Positions 18,041 through 26,443 of a stretch of DNA of 46,383 nt are shown piece by piece (position 1 is the first letter of the stretch; every line of letters begins with the position of its first letter). The translations under genes were made by a program, and so were the position numbers. The notes under the pieces were generated by a model that saw nothing but the letters and a program-made list of their open reading frames with translations, made no database searches and was not told the DNA's origin. Origin of the DNA: an uncultured virus (IMG/VR IMGVR_UViG_3300014205_009245) (taxonomy: Duplodnaviria; Heunggongvirae; Uroviricota; Caudoviricetes). Where the stretch lies: IMG/VR virus record IMGVR_UViG_3300014205_009245; one strand, written 5' to 3'.

Positions 18041-19237
18041 TTAACCTAGTTGTGAAAGATCATCGACCTCAATATCGCTGCCAAATGCTATTGTATCTGG
18101 CTTCCTGTCTGTTTTAGGTGCGCTAATTGATGTTCCGGTTTCTATATCATCAAAACCGTCCAATTTATTTGAGGTATTTTTCTTCTTAGAATGAACAGGT
18201 TCATCTATGAATCCTGTTGCCTGTTTAATCTGCAAACAAGTTAGCTGTCTGCTGAGACTTTCAGACGCAGCTTTTAACATTGTATCAGCATGTTTTGCGG
18301 ACTCTAAAACACCCTGCATAACCGATACATAATCCTCTACATCTCCCATGTGCTCAATAGTTAATCCATCTCTACGATGCGCCCCTTTTAAGTCGTGGTC
18401 TTTCCACAACTTCGATCGTAGCATCTCGCACCATCTAACCCATGCGGGTTGCTGCTCAAATATCGAAATTAAAAGAGATGACAAACGTACTCTTGCTTGA
18501 TAAGTCTGGTCTATTTTACGCTGTAGAATTTCAGGGGAAATGTAGTCATCGCCAACGTAGTGATCTAGATTTATCTCACACACTTCATCTTTAATAGACT
18601 TCAAATCTAAAAGTCTAAATCTATTGAGTAAGGATTTCAATGTAATAAATTTATAATGATAAAATTCTCTGAAAGTCACGGACCCATCATAAAGAGGAAA
18701 CATTGGATAGTCTTTCTTAATTCTATCATATTCTTTCAGTTCTGAAGGAAAAAGTCCTAGCGGATTTGAATCACTCTCACCTGAATTTGAATCTGGAATA
18801 TCTTCATCTAGATCGTTTGAATCATCCGGAATAATAACTTCGGGATCAGGGATATCTTCATCGCTACCGGGTCCATCTAGTATTTCCGGAGATGCATCTT
18901 GAAAACTGCTGTCATCACTAACTTCAAACTCTTTCATGTCTTTACGTATTTCATCTGTAAAGTCTTCAGTTACAATATTTCCGTCGCTTTCAATCTCCTC
19001 TACCTGACGCTTTGGTTTTTTAGCGGCAGGATTATCAGCTTGTTCAATTGCTTTATTGATTATATCATTATCTGTTTCTGGTTCCATAAATACTCTCATA
19101 TCTTTAATTTTTTCGCCGAATTCTTGCACGGCCTTGTCTTCTGCGGTTGTTGAATAATCCGATGATTCATCCTTTTTTTCATTTGGTGAATCACTAATAT
19201 CGATATCAAACAACAACGCCATTTGGTCTTTGTCCAT
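18041..19237 (-). CDS. Hypothetical protein, acidic disordered N-half and helical C-half
   Basis: 398-aa ORF; D/E-rich first ~160 aa. Confidence 0.75.
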   Translation of the reverse strand: MDKDQMALLFDIDISDSPNEKKDESSDYSTTAEDKAVQEFGEKIKDMRVFMEPETDNDIINKAIEQADNPAAKKPKRQVEEIESDGNIVTEDFTDEIRKDMKEFEVSDDSSFQDASPEILDGPGSDEDIPDPEVIIPDDSNDLDEDIPDSNSGESDSNPLGLFPSELKEYDRIKKDYPMFPLYDGSVTFREFYHYKFITLKSLLNRFRLLDLKSIKDEVCEINLDHYVGDDYISPEILQRKIDQTYQARVRLSSLLISIFEQQPAWVRWCEMLRSKLWKDHDLKGAHRRDGLTIEHMGDVEDYVSVMQGVLESAKHADTMLKAASESLSRQLTCLQIKQATGFIDEPVHSKKKNTSNKLDGFDDIETGTSISAPKTDRKPDTIAFGSDIEVDDLSQLG

Positions 19238-19245
19238 GTTATATC

Positions 19246-19608
19246 CTAGTCTAGTGAATCAAGATCGTCAAGTCTATTCTCTGGATAAGGTTCTGGTCTG
19301 TTGTCTTTGAAGTAGGCTCTCTTGTGTGTCAATTCCAGTTCTTCCAATACCTTATCATGAATCACTTTGAATTCTTTGGCCAAAACTGCCTCCCAATTCA
19401 TTACTTTACTGTATCGTTCTTCTGTCTTATCCCAAGCAATTTCTTCATCAATTTCATAATGGATAACAACGCTTTCAAAACGAGCAGTAGGCAGGGTGCG
19501 CTGAATACCCATCCTGATTCTACCTTGTCGTTTTTTTGTTGTTTCGATTACTTGAGAGGTGTGATCTACGTCAGTATCTTTTTCAGTCTGCAATCCTTCA
19601 TTACCCAC
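19246..19608 (-). CDS. Hypothetical protein
   Basis: GTG start behind AGGAG. Confidence 0.75.
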   Translation of the reverse strand: MGNEGLQTEKDTDVDHTSQVIETTKKRQGRIRMGIQRTLPTARFESVVIHYEIDEEIAWDKTEERYSKVMNWEAVLAKEFKVIHDKVLEELELTHKRAYFKDNRPEPYPENRLDDLDSLD

Positions 19609-19638
19609 GGAATATCTCCTATTTACTTAATACTTTCT

Positions 19639-19668
19639 ATTATACAACAGAATTTTACGATTTGGCGA
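19639..19668 (-). promoter_or_regulatory. Sigma70-like promoter
   Basis: Intergenic TCGCCA (19663-19668), 18-nt spacer, TATAAT (19639-19644), then AGGAG RBS. Confidence 0.6.
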
Positions 19669-19689
19669 AAAATCTGAAAATTTTTGAAA

Positions 19690-22600
19690 TTATTTTTTCC
19701 GGGATACACGGTTAGAGCCAAAAATATCCCCAGTTTGCCTGCCCACTGATTTCTTTCTATCGTTCTTGATATCATCGAAATCTTTCAAAGCTTTAGCTTT
19801 CTTTATGTCACCGAATAATTTGGCATCACATAATGCCTCAATAACTCTGGTGTTAACAGCGGGACCAACCACAGAAGCAAACGAATAAAACAAGTCCTGA
19901 ACATCATAAGGTTGGTGTTTAATTATCTCTTCAGCAGCCTTATCACCAATATCTTTAATAATCAAAGGTCTACGCAACTCTTTGTCCCCTGTTATTGTAT
20001 ATGACATCTTGGACTTATTCAAATCTATAGGGAGTATTTTAATGCCAAAATGACTAGTGGCATCTCTTTCGCACTTCTCTACATAATCAAATTTTCTGCG
20101 TTTAGCTTCAACAGTCATACGGGCCGAAACAAATTCAACAGGAAAGTGGGCCTTTAGATACGCAGTTTTCCAACTTTCATATGCATAAGCGCAGGCATGA
20201 GAATTGCTATTAATAATACCCGATGACAAACAATAAAGATGCTCTGGACTGTCCACTTCCAAATCATAACATTGTTCCATCCCTACGTATTTTATACCTA
20301 TGATTTGTACTTCTTTCCAATTGTTTTGACTATACTTCTTTCTGAGCAATTGCAAATCAGGTTGAAAAGAATTCCTAAAGCTTCGTTTTTGAACTCTTTT
20401 TTGGAATACCTCCATACATCGTAAGACATTCGTATCACTAGATATCCTCTGCTGCAAAGAACCTGATTTACCTCCAAATCCTTTTGTTTCTCTTGGTTGA
20501 ATCTGAGAGCATCTCTGTTCGAGAAATGATACTGTCCATCGTATTCTACTACTATTTTGCGGGATTGATCCATAAAATCTATTTGTCTTCTTTTTGACTT
20601 GGATGTAAACTTTTGACTTTTCACTATTTGAGAATGTTTGAATCCCATTGGCAACAATATAGTTTTGAGCATGCATTCCGGGGCTGATTGCCAACTGCTG
20701 ATTATTTTCATAAACTTCTCGGGATTCTCTTCTCTCCATTTCTTCAATCGCATGGCTCTTTGCTTTTGTATGTCCGGTCTTGCGGATGTTTTTGCTGCTG
20801 TGTCGGATCGATTTTTTTGAAATAGATCGTAATAATTCTGGTTTAATTTGGACATCAATATTGACCTGCGCTGTCTCTCTGTTTGATTTGCAAGAATCGA
20901 CAACGATACCGATATCGACACCTTGTTTTTGTATGCCTCCATTTGTGTAGGATCCTGGTGTATTTGATCCCAAAATTTTCTTGAATTTATTGAGTTTGGT
21001 TGTGAGTAGTGGTCTGATTTGAGAGATTTCCACAGAGCACATTCTCTCTTGTGCTTCCACAGTCCCCTTTTTGTAAACTTCTGATAGCAACCCTGGCATT
21101 CGAAGTGTTTTTTGCTTAGATGGTACTTCTTGCATTCCCGTTTGTGGACATCGAAAAGCCGGCGGTTCGTCAAAAGAGCCTGGCATCCTGAACAAATCCA
21201 ATCTTTCCTTTTGGGCATGTAATATCTCCGCATTCTGTATAACTGATACTTTATGTTTTAAAATATCATGCAGAGGCAGAACGCCGCTAGTGGTTAAAAA
21301 TCTGTGATTCATCGAGCATTTATGAATACTTCCGTCACTAAATATAACCTCCCAAACAGGAATTACACCATGATCGTATACATCTGCAATTCTAATTGAT
21401 TTTCCGTCTGGACTATATACATTCGGCAGTTTTTCTCCTCTGGTCTTTCTATTATACAATTCTTGGATAGAGAGGTCCTTTTCGGAGGTTATGATTTTCT
21501 CGTTGTGGGACAGTGACTTGTTGAAGGCATATCCACCGAATTTTTCCATGTCCCCCCATATTTTTTGAACTGTCTGTTTAGGCACACCACGGGCAACAGC
21601 TCCTTTAATAAATTTATCCTTAGCATCTTGAATTAATTTCTTTTTCTTCTTAGCACAACCTTTCATGAAAGTGTATCCCTCTGATGGTGGTAGATCAGCA
21701 AGTGACATAAAAACTTGCATAACCTCCTCTTGATAAGACATAATACCGTAGGTTTCTTTGGTTATTTTTTCCATAAGAGGATGGGGATAATCAATCTTTT
21801 TCTGCCCCTTTTTACGACTGGCAATCTCTGGTATATAGTCTTTGGGCCCCGGTCTATACATTGCTATTGCTATCATTAAATCGCCGAAAGAGTCTATGTC
21901 AATTTGTTGGATAGTTTGCTTCATGCCAACTTCTTCTAATTGGAAGCATCCATCGGTGTGTCCTGATTTCAGCAAATTGATAGTCAATTTGTCATCCAAT
22001 GGAATATTAGCGACATCTACATCGATGCTGTGGTTTTGTTTGATTAACTCTACAGCTAAATTAATAGCAGTCTTGGTAGATAAACCGAGGATATCCATTT
22101 TAATAAGTCCGACAGATTCCACATCGCTCATTGAGAACTGAGTAGCAACCATTTTTTCTGGCTGGTATTCGGTCTTTTCTGCCGTGTCATCATCTGCCAT
22201 TCCTTTTGTGACATGCAACGGACATATTTCAGACAGGGGTATTGGAGATATTACAATTCCGGCTGCATGTGCGCCCCATGCAGAAATGCCACCTTCTAAA
22301 TTTTTTGCCATTTCGAATACTTGTGGATATTTGTCCATATATCTTCGAAATTCTGAGAACTCATCATATGCTTGCTGTAGATCTTCTATGATTGTTCCAT
22401 CCGCTCTTTTCATGATACTGGATTTGGGAAGAGTATTAAGAATTTCATTTTGAAATTGAAAATTTCTACTCGGATCACCCTGGGCCACAGACCCTTCCGG
22501 ATCTACTGCCCGGATGACACGACGCAAAGCAGATTTAGTTTTTAGAGTTTGCACGGTTCCTATATTTGCAACTTTATCTCGACCATATTTCTCAATTAAA

Positions 22601-22944
22601 TACTCTATAACCTCATGCCTGCGTTCATAACAGAAATCCATATCAATATCTGGCCATCCATCTCTGCCATAAACTCGTCGTTTTTCAAGAGTAAATTCCC
22701 CATCCGGATGTTTTGATGTGATACCCATACAATATACTAGAAGCGAATTAGGGACGTTTGTGTTTCCTTTTAGATTTGGATTCTTTTTAATATCGTCGTA
22801 TATTGATAGCAGATTAGGCAGAACCCCCATATCATCCATTCTGGATAATTCAGAATTTAATCTATCTTTCTGAGATATCAGCTCGGGTGGATTTATTTCT
22901 TTTACTATAGATACTACCCTATCTCGTTCTTTAGACATATTCAC
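19690..22944 (-). CDS. dnaE: DNA polymerase III alpha, catalytic (palm/fingers/HhH) part, intein-containing
   Basis: PDIDMDF, HAAGIVI, KMDILGL, FQLE, YRPGP, YQEE, GYAFNK|intein|SHACAY and YLKAHFP motifs. No PHP domain and no C-terminal OB fold. Confidence 0.95.
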   Translation of the reverse strand: MNMSKERDRVVSIVKEINPPELISQKDRLNSELSRMDDMGVLPNLLSIYDDIKKNPNLKGNTNVPNSLLVYCMGITSKHPDGEFTLEKRRVYGRDGWPDIDMDFCYERRHEVIEYLIEKYGRDKVANIGTVQTLKTKSALRRVIRAVDPEGSVAQGDPSRNFQFQNEILNTLPKSSIMKRADGTIIEDLQQAYDEFSEFRRYMDKYPQVFEMAKNLEGGISAWGAHAAGIVISPIPLSEICPLHVTKGMADDDTAEKTEYQPEKMVATQFSMSDVESVGLIKMDILGLSTKTAINLAVELIKQNHSIDVDVANIPLDDKLTINLLKSGHTDGCFQLEEVGMKQTIQQIDIDSFGDLMIAIAMYRPGPKDYIPEIASRKKGQKKIDYPHPLMEKITKETYGIMSYQEEVMQVFMSLADLPPSEGYTFMKGCAKKKKKLIQDAKDKFIKGAVARGVPKQTVQKIWGDMEKFGGYAFNKSLSHNEKIITSEKDLSIQELYNRKTRGEKLPNVYSPDGKSIRIADVYDHGVIPVWEVIFSDGSIHKCSMNHRFLTTSGVLPLHDILKHKVSVIQNAEILHAQKERLDLFRMPGSFDEPPAFRCPQTGMQEVPSKQKTLRMPGLLSEVYKKGTVEAQERMCSVEISQIRPLLTTKLNKFKKILGSNTPGSYTNGGIQKQGVDIGIVVDSCKSNRETAQVNIDVQIKPELLRSISKKSIRHSSKNIRKTGHTKAKSHAIEEMERRESREVYENNQQLAISPGMHAQNYIVANGIQTFSNSEKSKVYIQVKKKTNRFYGSIPQNSSRIRWTVSFLEQRCSQIQPRETKGFGGKSGSLQQRISSDTNVLRCMEVFQKRVQKRSFRNSFQPDLQLLRKKYSQNNWKEVQIIGIKYVGMEQCYDLEVDSPEHLYCLSSGIINSNSHACAYAYESWKTAYLKAHFPVEFVSARMTVEAKRRKFDYVEKCERDATSHFGIKILPIDLNKSKMSYTITGDKELRRPLIIKDIGDKAAEEIIKHQPYDVQDLFYSFASVVGPAVNTRVIEALCDAKLFGDIKKAKALKDFDDIKNDRKKSVGRQTGDIFGSNRVSRKK
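20298..21218 (-). CDS. Nested +1-frame putative homing endonuclease (2x C2HC zinc finger + DUF559/Vsr-like nuclease)
   Basis: GGAG-7nt-ATG(21218) MPKRKDWICSGC..HKREC, CQGC..HKREC; C-terminal IDF...IVVEYDGQYH...KD...GYLVIR; TAG at 20298-20300. Confidence 0.85.
   Translation of the reverse strand: MPKRKDWICSGCQALLTNRRLFDVHKRECKKYHLSKKHFECQGCYQKFTKRGLWKHKRECALWKSLKSDHYSQPNSINSRKFWDQIHQDPTQMEAYKNKVSISVSLSILANQTERQRRSILMSKLNQNYYDLFQKNRSDTAAKTSARPDIQKQRAMRLKKWREENPEKFMKIISSWQSAPECMLKTILLPMGFKHSQIVKSQKFTSKSKRRQIDFMDQSRKIVVEYDGQYHFSNRDALRFNQEKQKDLEVNQVLCSRGYLVIRMSYDVWRYSKKEFKNEALGILFNLICNCSERSIVKTIGKKYKS
21445..21459 (-). promoter_or_regulatory. Candidate internal promoter for the nested endonuclease
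   Basis: TTGTATAATAGAAAG is identical to 19633-19647 and lies about 230 nt upstream of the nested ATG. No clear -35. Confidence 0.4.
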
Positions 22945-23333
22945 TCCGGTTTAGGATCTTTCCATCCCCCAACAATCTCAACTTCTACATTATTTAAATA
23001 TCTCCAGCCCTGAAACCCCTTCATTGGAATCGGTTTAATCCATTTCCACGAATCAGCCGGGATGGTAACATATGTGCCGGGACGCCACTTAGTCCCCGTT
23101 GTAGAACATTCCATACCGTCTGATTTGTCTTCAATATCACTTATGACACCAAACCCGCGAATATACCCATCCTCCACATAGAATATTTTGCTCCCAACAT
23201 CTATATTTTTGGGACGCGTTGGTAATCTGCGAAAATAGTATCCACCCCCATTATTGAGACATCGAGTAGCTTCTTGTTTGGAATTTTCTAATTCAGATTT
23301 TGGTGTTGTCACGACTATATTAAGCATGTTCAC
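22941..23333 (-). CDS. ASCH/PUA-like domain protein
   Basis: VGSKIFYVEDGYIRGFGVI...PIPMKGFQGWRY pattern. Confidence 0.55.
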   Translation of the reverse strand: MNMLNIVVTTPKSELENSKQEATRCLNNGGGYYFRRLPTRPKNIDVGSKIFYVEDGYIRGFGVISDIEDKSDGMECSTTGTKWRPGTYVTIPADSWKWIKPIPMKGFQGWRYLNNVEVEIVGGWKDPKPE

Positions 23334-23358
23334 TTTCTAAAAATTTTCTACATTCGTA

Positions 23359-24651
23359 TCAATCTTTTATGCCAAAATCAGATCGAAATAGTTTATAAGC
23401 CCATTCAAATCCCAAAAACCGTTCCCAAAGGAGATTGTATCGCACTGGGTCTACGCCTTCTGATATACCGAGACAGTACAAAAGTAAAGATCCGTATCCC
23501 GAACCTCTAATACCGCCGGGTATTTTCTTTCTGCGAGTAAATTCAATTATATCACGCACTATTAGAAAATATGTATCAAATCCAAATTTTTGTGTATCCC
23601 AAATCAACTTGACATCATCAAGTTCTCTCTGAAGTCTCTCTCGGTGAGGAACTGAATCATTTAATCCTTTCGATTGTAGTCCTTTCCACGCCATGTCTTT
23701 TAGATAATCAAATGAAAGCGCATATCCTTCTGGTAGATCAAATTTAGGCAATAACATTCTCTGCCCGAGATTCATATCAGAGTAATCACATTTTTCAGCA
23801 ATTTCTAATGTATTAGCCATTGACCTTGGCAGATGGCCGAACACCTCAGCCATTTCGTCGCCAGATTTGAAATAAAATTCATCGTATGGAAACTTAATAT
23901 GTTTAGGGTCTTTAATGGATCGTCCCGAACTCATACACATAAGCGTTTCATGATACTTAGCATGCGATTTTTCAACATAATGACAGTCATTTGTCACAAT
24001 AGATTTGACATTGAGTTCTTTGGAAATTTTTTGTATACCTGGCAATACTTTTGCTTCCAAATCTAGTCCATGATACATCATTTCAAGATAAAAATCATCT
24101 CCAAAAATATCCTTGTAGATTGCTGCTGCTGCTTTTGCTTTTTCGTATCTGTCTATGGATAGATTCCAGTTAACAACATTTGATAAACATGCGGTCGAAA
24201 CAATCAGCCCCTCTTTATATTTATCGAGCAGATCGATATCAATACGAGGATCATAATGGTATCCTTCGAGGGATGCTATCTGAGATAATGTGCACAGATT
24301 GGCATATCCCTGAGAGTTCTTCGCCAAGATAATTACATGCCTGTTGCCTCGCCGTTTATCTGGTTGCCCTTCCGTAGAATGGCACGCGTGATCTCTGGAT
24401 TGGTATGCTTCCATTCCCAGAATGGGTTTGATACCTACATCACCCTTACGACAAGCTTTTAAGAATGTAATTGCTCCGGCAACGGTGCCGTGGTCTGTTA
24501 GCGCGACTGCTGGCATGCCCATTCGCTTGGCTGTGCCAACTATGCCAGGCATGACGATGTTATCATCTTTGTCTAGGGTATCATCTATCTTAGAAAAGCC
24601 ATCGAATTTTGAAAATGACGAATGCGAATGTATATGTACAAAATCTACCAT
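23359..24651 (-). CDS. dnaE: DNA polymerase III alpha, N-terminal part (PHP domain + start of palm)
   Basis: HIHSHS, ALTDHG, GMEAY, PRID, TACL, TNDCHY, RGSGYGSLLLYCLGI and WERFL motifs. Stops before PDIDxDF. Confidence 0.93.
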   Translation of the reverse strand: MVDFVHIHSHSSFSKFDGFSKIDDTLDKDDNIVMPGIVGTAKRMGMPAVALTDHGTVAGAITFLKACRKGDVGIKPILGMEAYQSRDHACHSTEGQPDKRRGNRHVIILAKNSQGYANLCTLSQIASLEGYHYDPRIDIDLLDKYKEGLIVSTACLSNVVNWNLSIDRYEKAKAAAAIYKDIFGDDFYLEMMYHGLDLEAKVLPGIQKISKELNVKSIVTNDCHYVEKSHAKYHETLMCMSSGRSIKDPKHIKFPYDEFYFKSGDEMAEVFGHLPRSMANTLEIAEKCDYSDMNLGQRMLLPKFDLPEGYALSFDYLKDMAWKGLQSKGLNDSVPHRERLQRELDDVKLIWDTQKFGFDTYFLIVRDIIEFTRRKKIPGGIRGSGYGSLLLYCLGISEGVDPVRYNLLWERFLGFEWAYKLFRSDFGIKD

Positions 24652-25001
24652 TAAATTCCTGTTTCATCTATATCACTAGCACTCAATAAATTCCATCTAG
24701 TGGTGCCTGGTTTAAAGTTATTCAATATCCTATCTTCGGTTGTTAATTCTAAATATGCTATATCAGAAATTTTTATGTGTTTTTTTAAACAGGCACTGGA
24801 TTTAATAATATGACAAGTAATATCGTCTCCATCGATATTTACAATTCTAACTTTATTAAATAAGTTTTGCTCTAGGAGCCTTACAGCACAATCTAGCTCT
24901 TTTTCTTTAATAAATACCAGAATATCCCGAATTAGATCAATATCGGTAATTTGTTGATCCACAATTTTAACCACTGTTATTTTATTTGCCACATATCGCA
25001 T
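24651..25001 (-). CDS. Hypothetical protein
   Basis: Tiles with neighbours (TAATG overlap). Confidence 0.65.
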   Translation of the reverse strand: MRYVANKITVVKIVDQQITDIDLIRDILVFIKEKELDCAVRLLEQNLFNKVRIVNIDGDDITCHIIKSSACLKKHIKISDIAYLELTTEDRILNNFKPGTTRWNLLSASDIDETGI

Positions 25002-25389
25002 TCTTTGCCCGATTATAGGATTCTATTCGCCTCTTTCGTTTATCCTTTGCTGCATCTATCATCTTACGCCGTTTGATCGTTTCCTGCGGTGCTGAATTCC
25101 TATTTGAAATTGTCGGCGACTTAGAACTGCCATCACTATTTGTGACTTTATGTCTCACTCCGTTGCTGTCTCTCCAATACTTTGCACCCTTCACATCGCT
25201 GTATTGATTTATTTCTTTGCCACTCATAATAACACCGCCGATAAGAGACATAATTTTGACAATGTCAGCTCCGCATTGTGGACATTTCTCTAGTGTATTA
25301 TCTGACATTTTTTGTTGAATTTCAAATATATTTATGCAAAATTCACAACCTTTGTCCGCATCTATCGATTTATATTCATATATTGGCAT
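24982..25389 (-). CDS. FmdB-family zinc-ribbon protein
   Basis: MPIYEY..CEFC..FE..QKMSD..LEKCPQCG. Confidence 0.82.
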   Translation of the reverse strand: MPIYEYKSIDADKGCEFCINIFEIQQKMSDNTLEKCPQCGADIVKIMSLIGGVIMSGKEINQYSDVKGAKYWRDSNGVRHKVTNSDGSSKSPTISNRNSAPQETIKRRKMIDAAKDKRKRRIESYNRAKNAICGK

Positions 25390-25398
25390 TTTGTTTCC

Positions 25399-26223
25399 CT
25401 AGATATCGCAATCGTCTATGTCCAAAAATTGTATCCTTAGTGATGCGCCATCGTCTGGTGCAACATTGGCATTCACGGATTGTCTGCCATACTGTTCGTA
25501 AAGTTTAATCATTTTTGCTGCTCTGTCTTTGGCAGCATCAATAATACGATGGACTAGAGCGACAGGGTGCCTGTTGGCTATCTCTGTTATCTTTTTTGCT
25601 GGTAATGAGTATATCTTCGGATATCCAATGTCTTCCCATATTTTTATCATCGCTGATTTATCCTTCATAATATCATTCACACAGAATGGCAGCATAGTTC
25701 CGGACACAATCGCATCTTCTGACATTTTTTTTCTATAAAAGTCCACGCAATTAGTATACACGAATTCCTCTTCATTAAATGTAAACTTTCTGCCGGGACG
25801 ATTGATTTTATGGGAAATAGCATGAAGCATTTCATGCACGACAACATCCTCGACATCTACTTGTATCTTCATCTCGTCTTGAAGCAATTGACTGAACTTG
25901 TCACTCAATTTGTATTTTGTTGTGATAATATTCTGCATTACAATAACTTTTAAATTGGTGACATAACATCCCATACACCCATACATCCCATACTTTCTCA
26001 TAATCCCAGGTGTGGTCAAATATATGGGAATATCAGACACATCAACATCGGGAAATACTCCATGTAAATATTGCTGAACTGCCGGAAAATCAACAATGTG
26101 TCTTCTGACTGTAGATTTGCTTTTGATTATTTTATCAACATTGCTATTTAATTCCGATACATATTCATTATACTGTTTTATCAGGTTCTTCTTCAAATTC
26201 ATCCTCTGGGTCCAAAACGACAT
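25399..26223 (-). CDS. HExxH zinc metallopeptidase-like protein
   Basis: VVHEMLHA...EEE motif. ATG 26223 behind GGAG. Confidence 0.6.
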   Translation of the reverse strand: MSFWTQRMNLKKNLIKQYNEYVSELNSNVDKIIKSKSTVRRHIVDFPAVQQYLHGVFPDVDVSDIPIYLTTPGIMRKYGMYGCMGCYVTNLKVIVMQNIITTKYKLSDKFSQLLQDEMKIQVDVEDVVVHEMLHAISHKINRPGRKFTFNEEEFVYTNCVDFYRKKMSEDAIVSGTMLPFCVNDIMKDKSAMIKIWEDIGYPKIYSLPAKKITEIANRHPVALVHRIIDAAKDRAAKMIKLYEQYGRQSVNANVAPDDGASLRIQFLDIDDCDI

Positions 26224-26443
26224 CTTTTTCTCCAACATATCCTTTGCATGAAACGACCTGCCTGATTTGATTGTTCACAACCCACAGTCGCATCTTTCGG
26301 GGAATTCCAAAAACAGAAATGGTAAATTCTCTTATAGGATTGGTGCAGTCCGGCGTTTTACAGTCATTGCATAATGGGGGTATTGTCCCAATTGCTCCAA
26401 CTGGTAGTTTGTCAATTATGGCCAGTTGACAATCGTAATCCAT
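26168..26443 (-). CDS. Small Cys-rich hypothetical protein
   Basis: CNDCKTPDC...C; tiles with neighbours. Confidence 0.62.
   Translation of the reverse strand: MDYDCQLAIIDKLPVGAIGTIPPLCNDCKTPDCTNPIREFTISVFGIPRKMRLWVVNNQIRQVVSCKGYVGEKDVVLDPEDEFEEEPDKTV

Larger units (their letters stand above)
20203..21516 (-). mobile_element. Intein in DnaE (438 aa, FNK|SH site), no in-frame endonuclease
   Basis: Block A SLSHNEKI, block B CSMNHRF, block F CYDLEV, block G GIINSN/S. Excision restores GYAFNKSHACAY. Confidence 0.92.

Noticed and set aside
20298..21233. Nested nuclease as an artefact of two compensating frameshifts
   Set aside because: An artefact would leave the read-through frame full of stops. 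Instead both frames are open, stop-avoiding codon choice is visible, and the nested ORF has its own RBS, start and stop. Read mapping is still advisable.
22700..23450. Split intein joining the two dnaE genes
   Set aside because: No intein N-terminal block at the end of gene 1 and no HN/(C,S,T) block near the start of gene 2.
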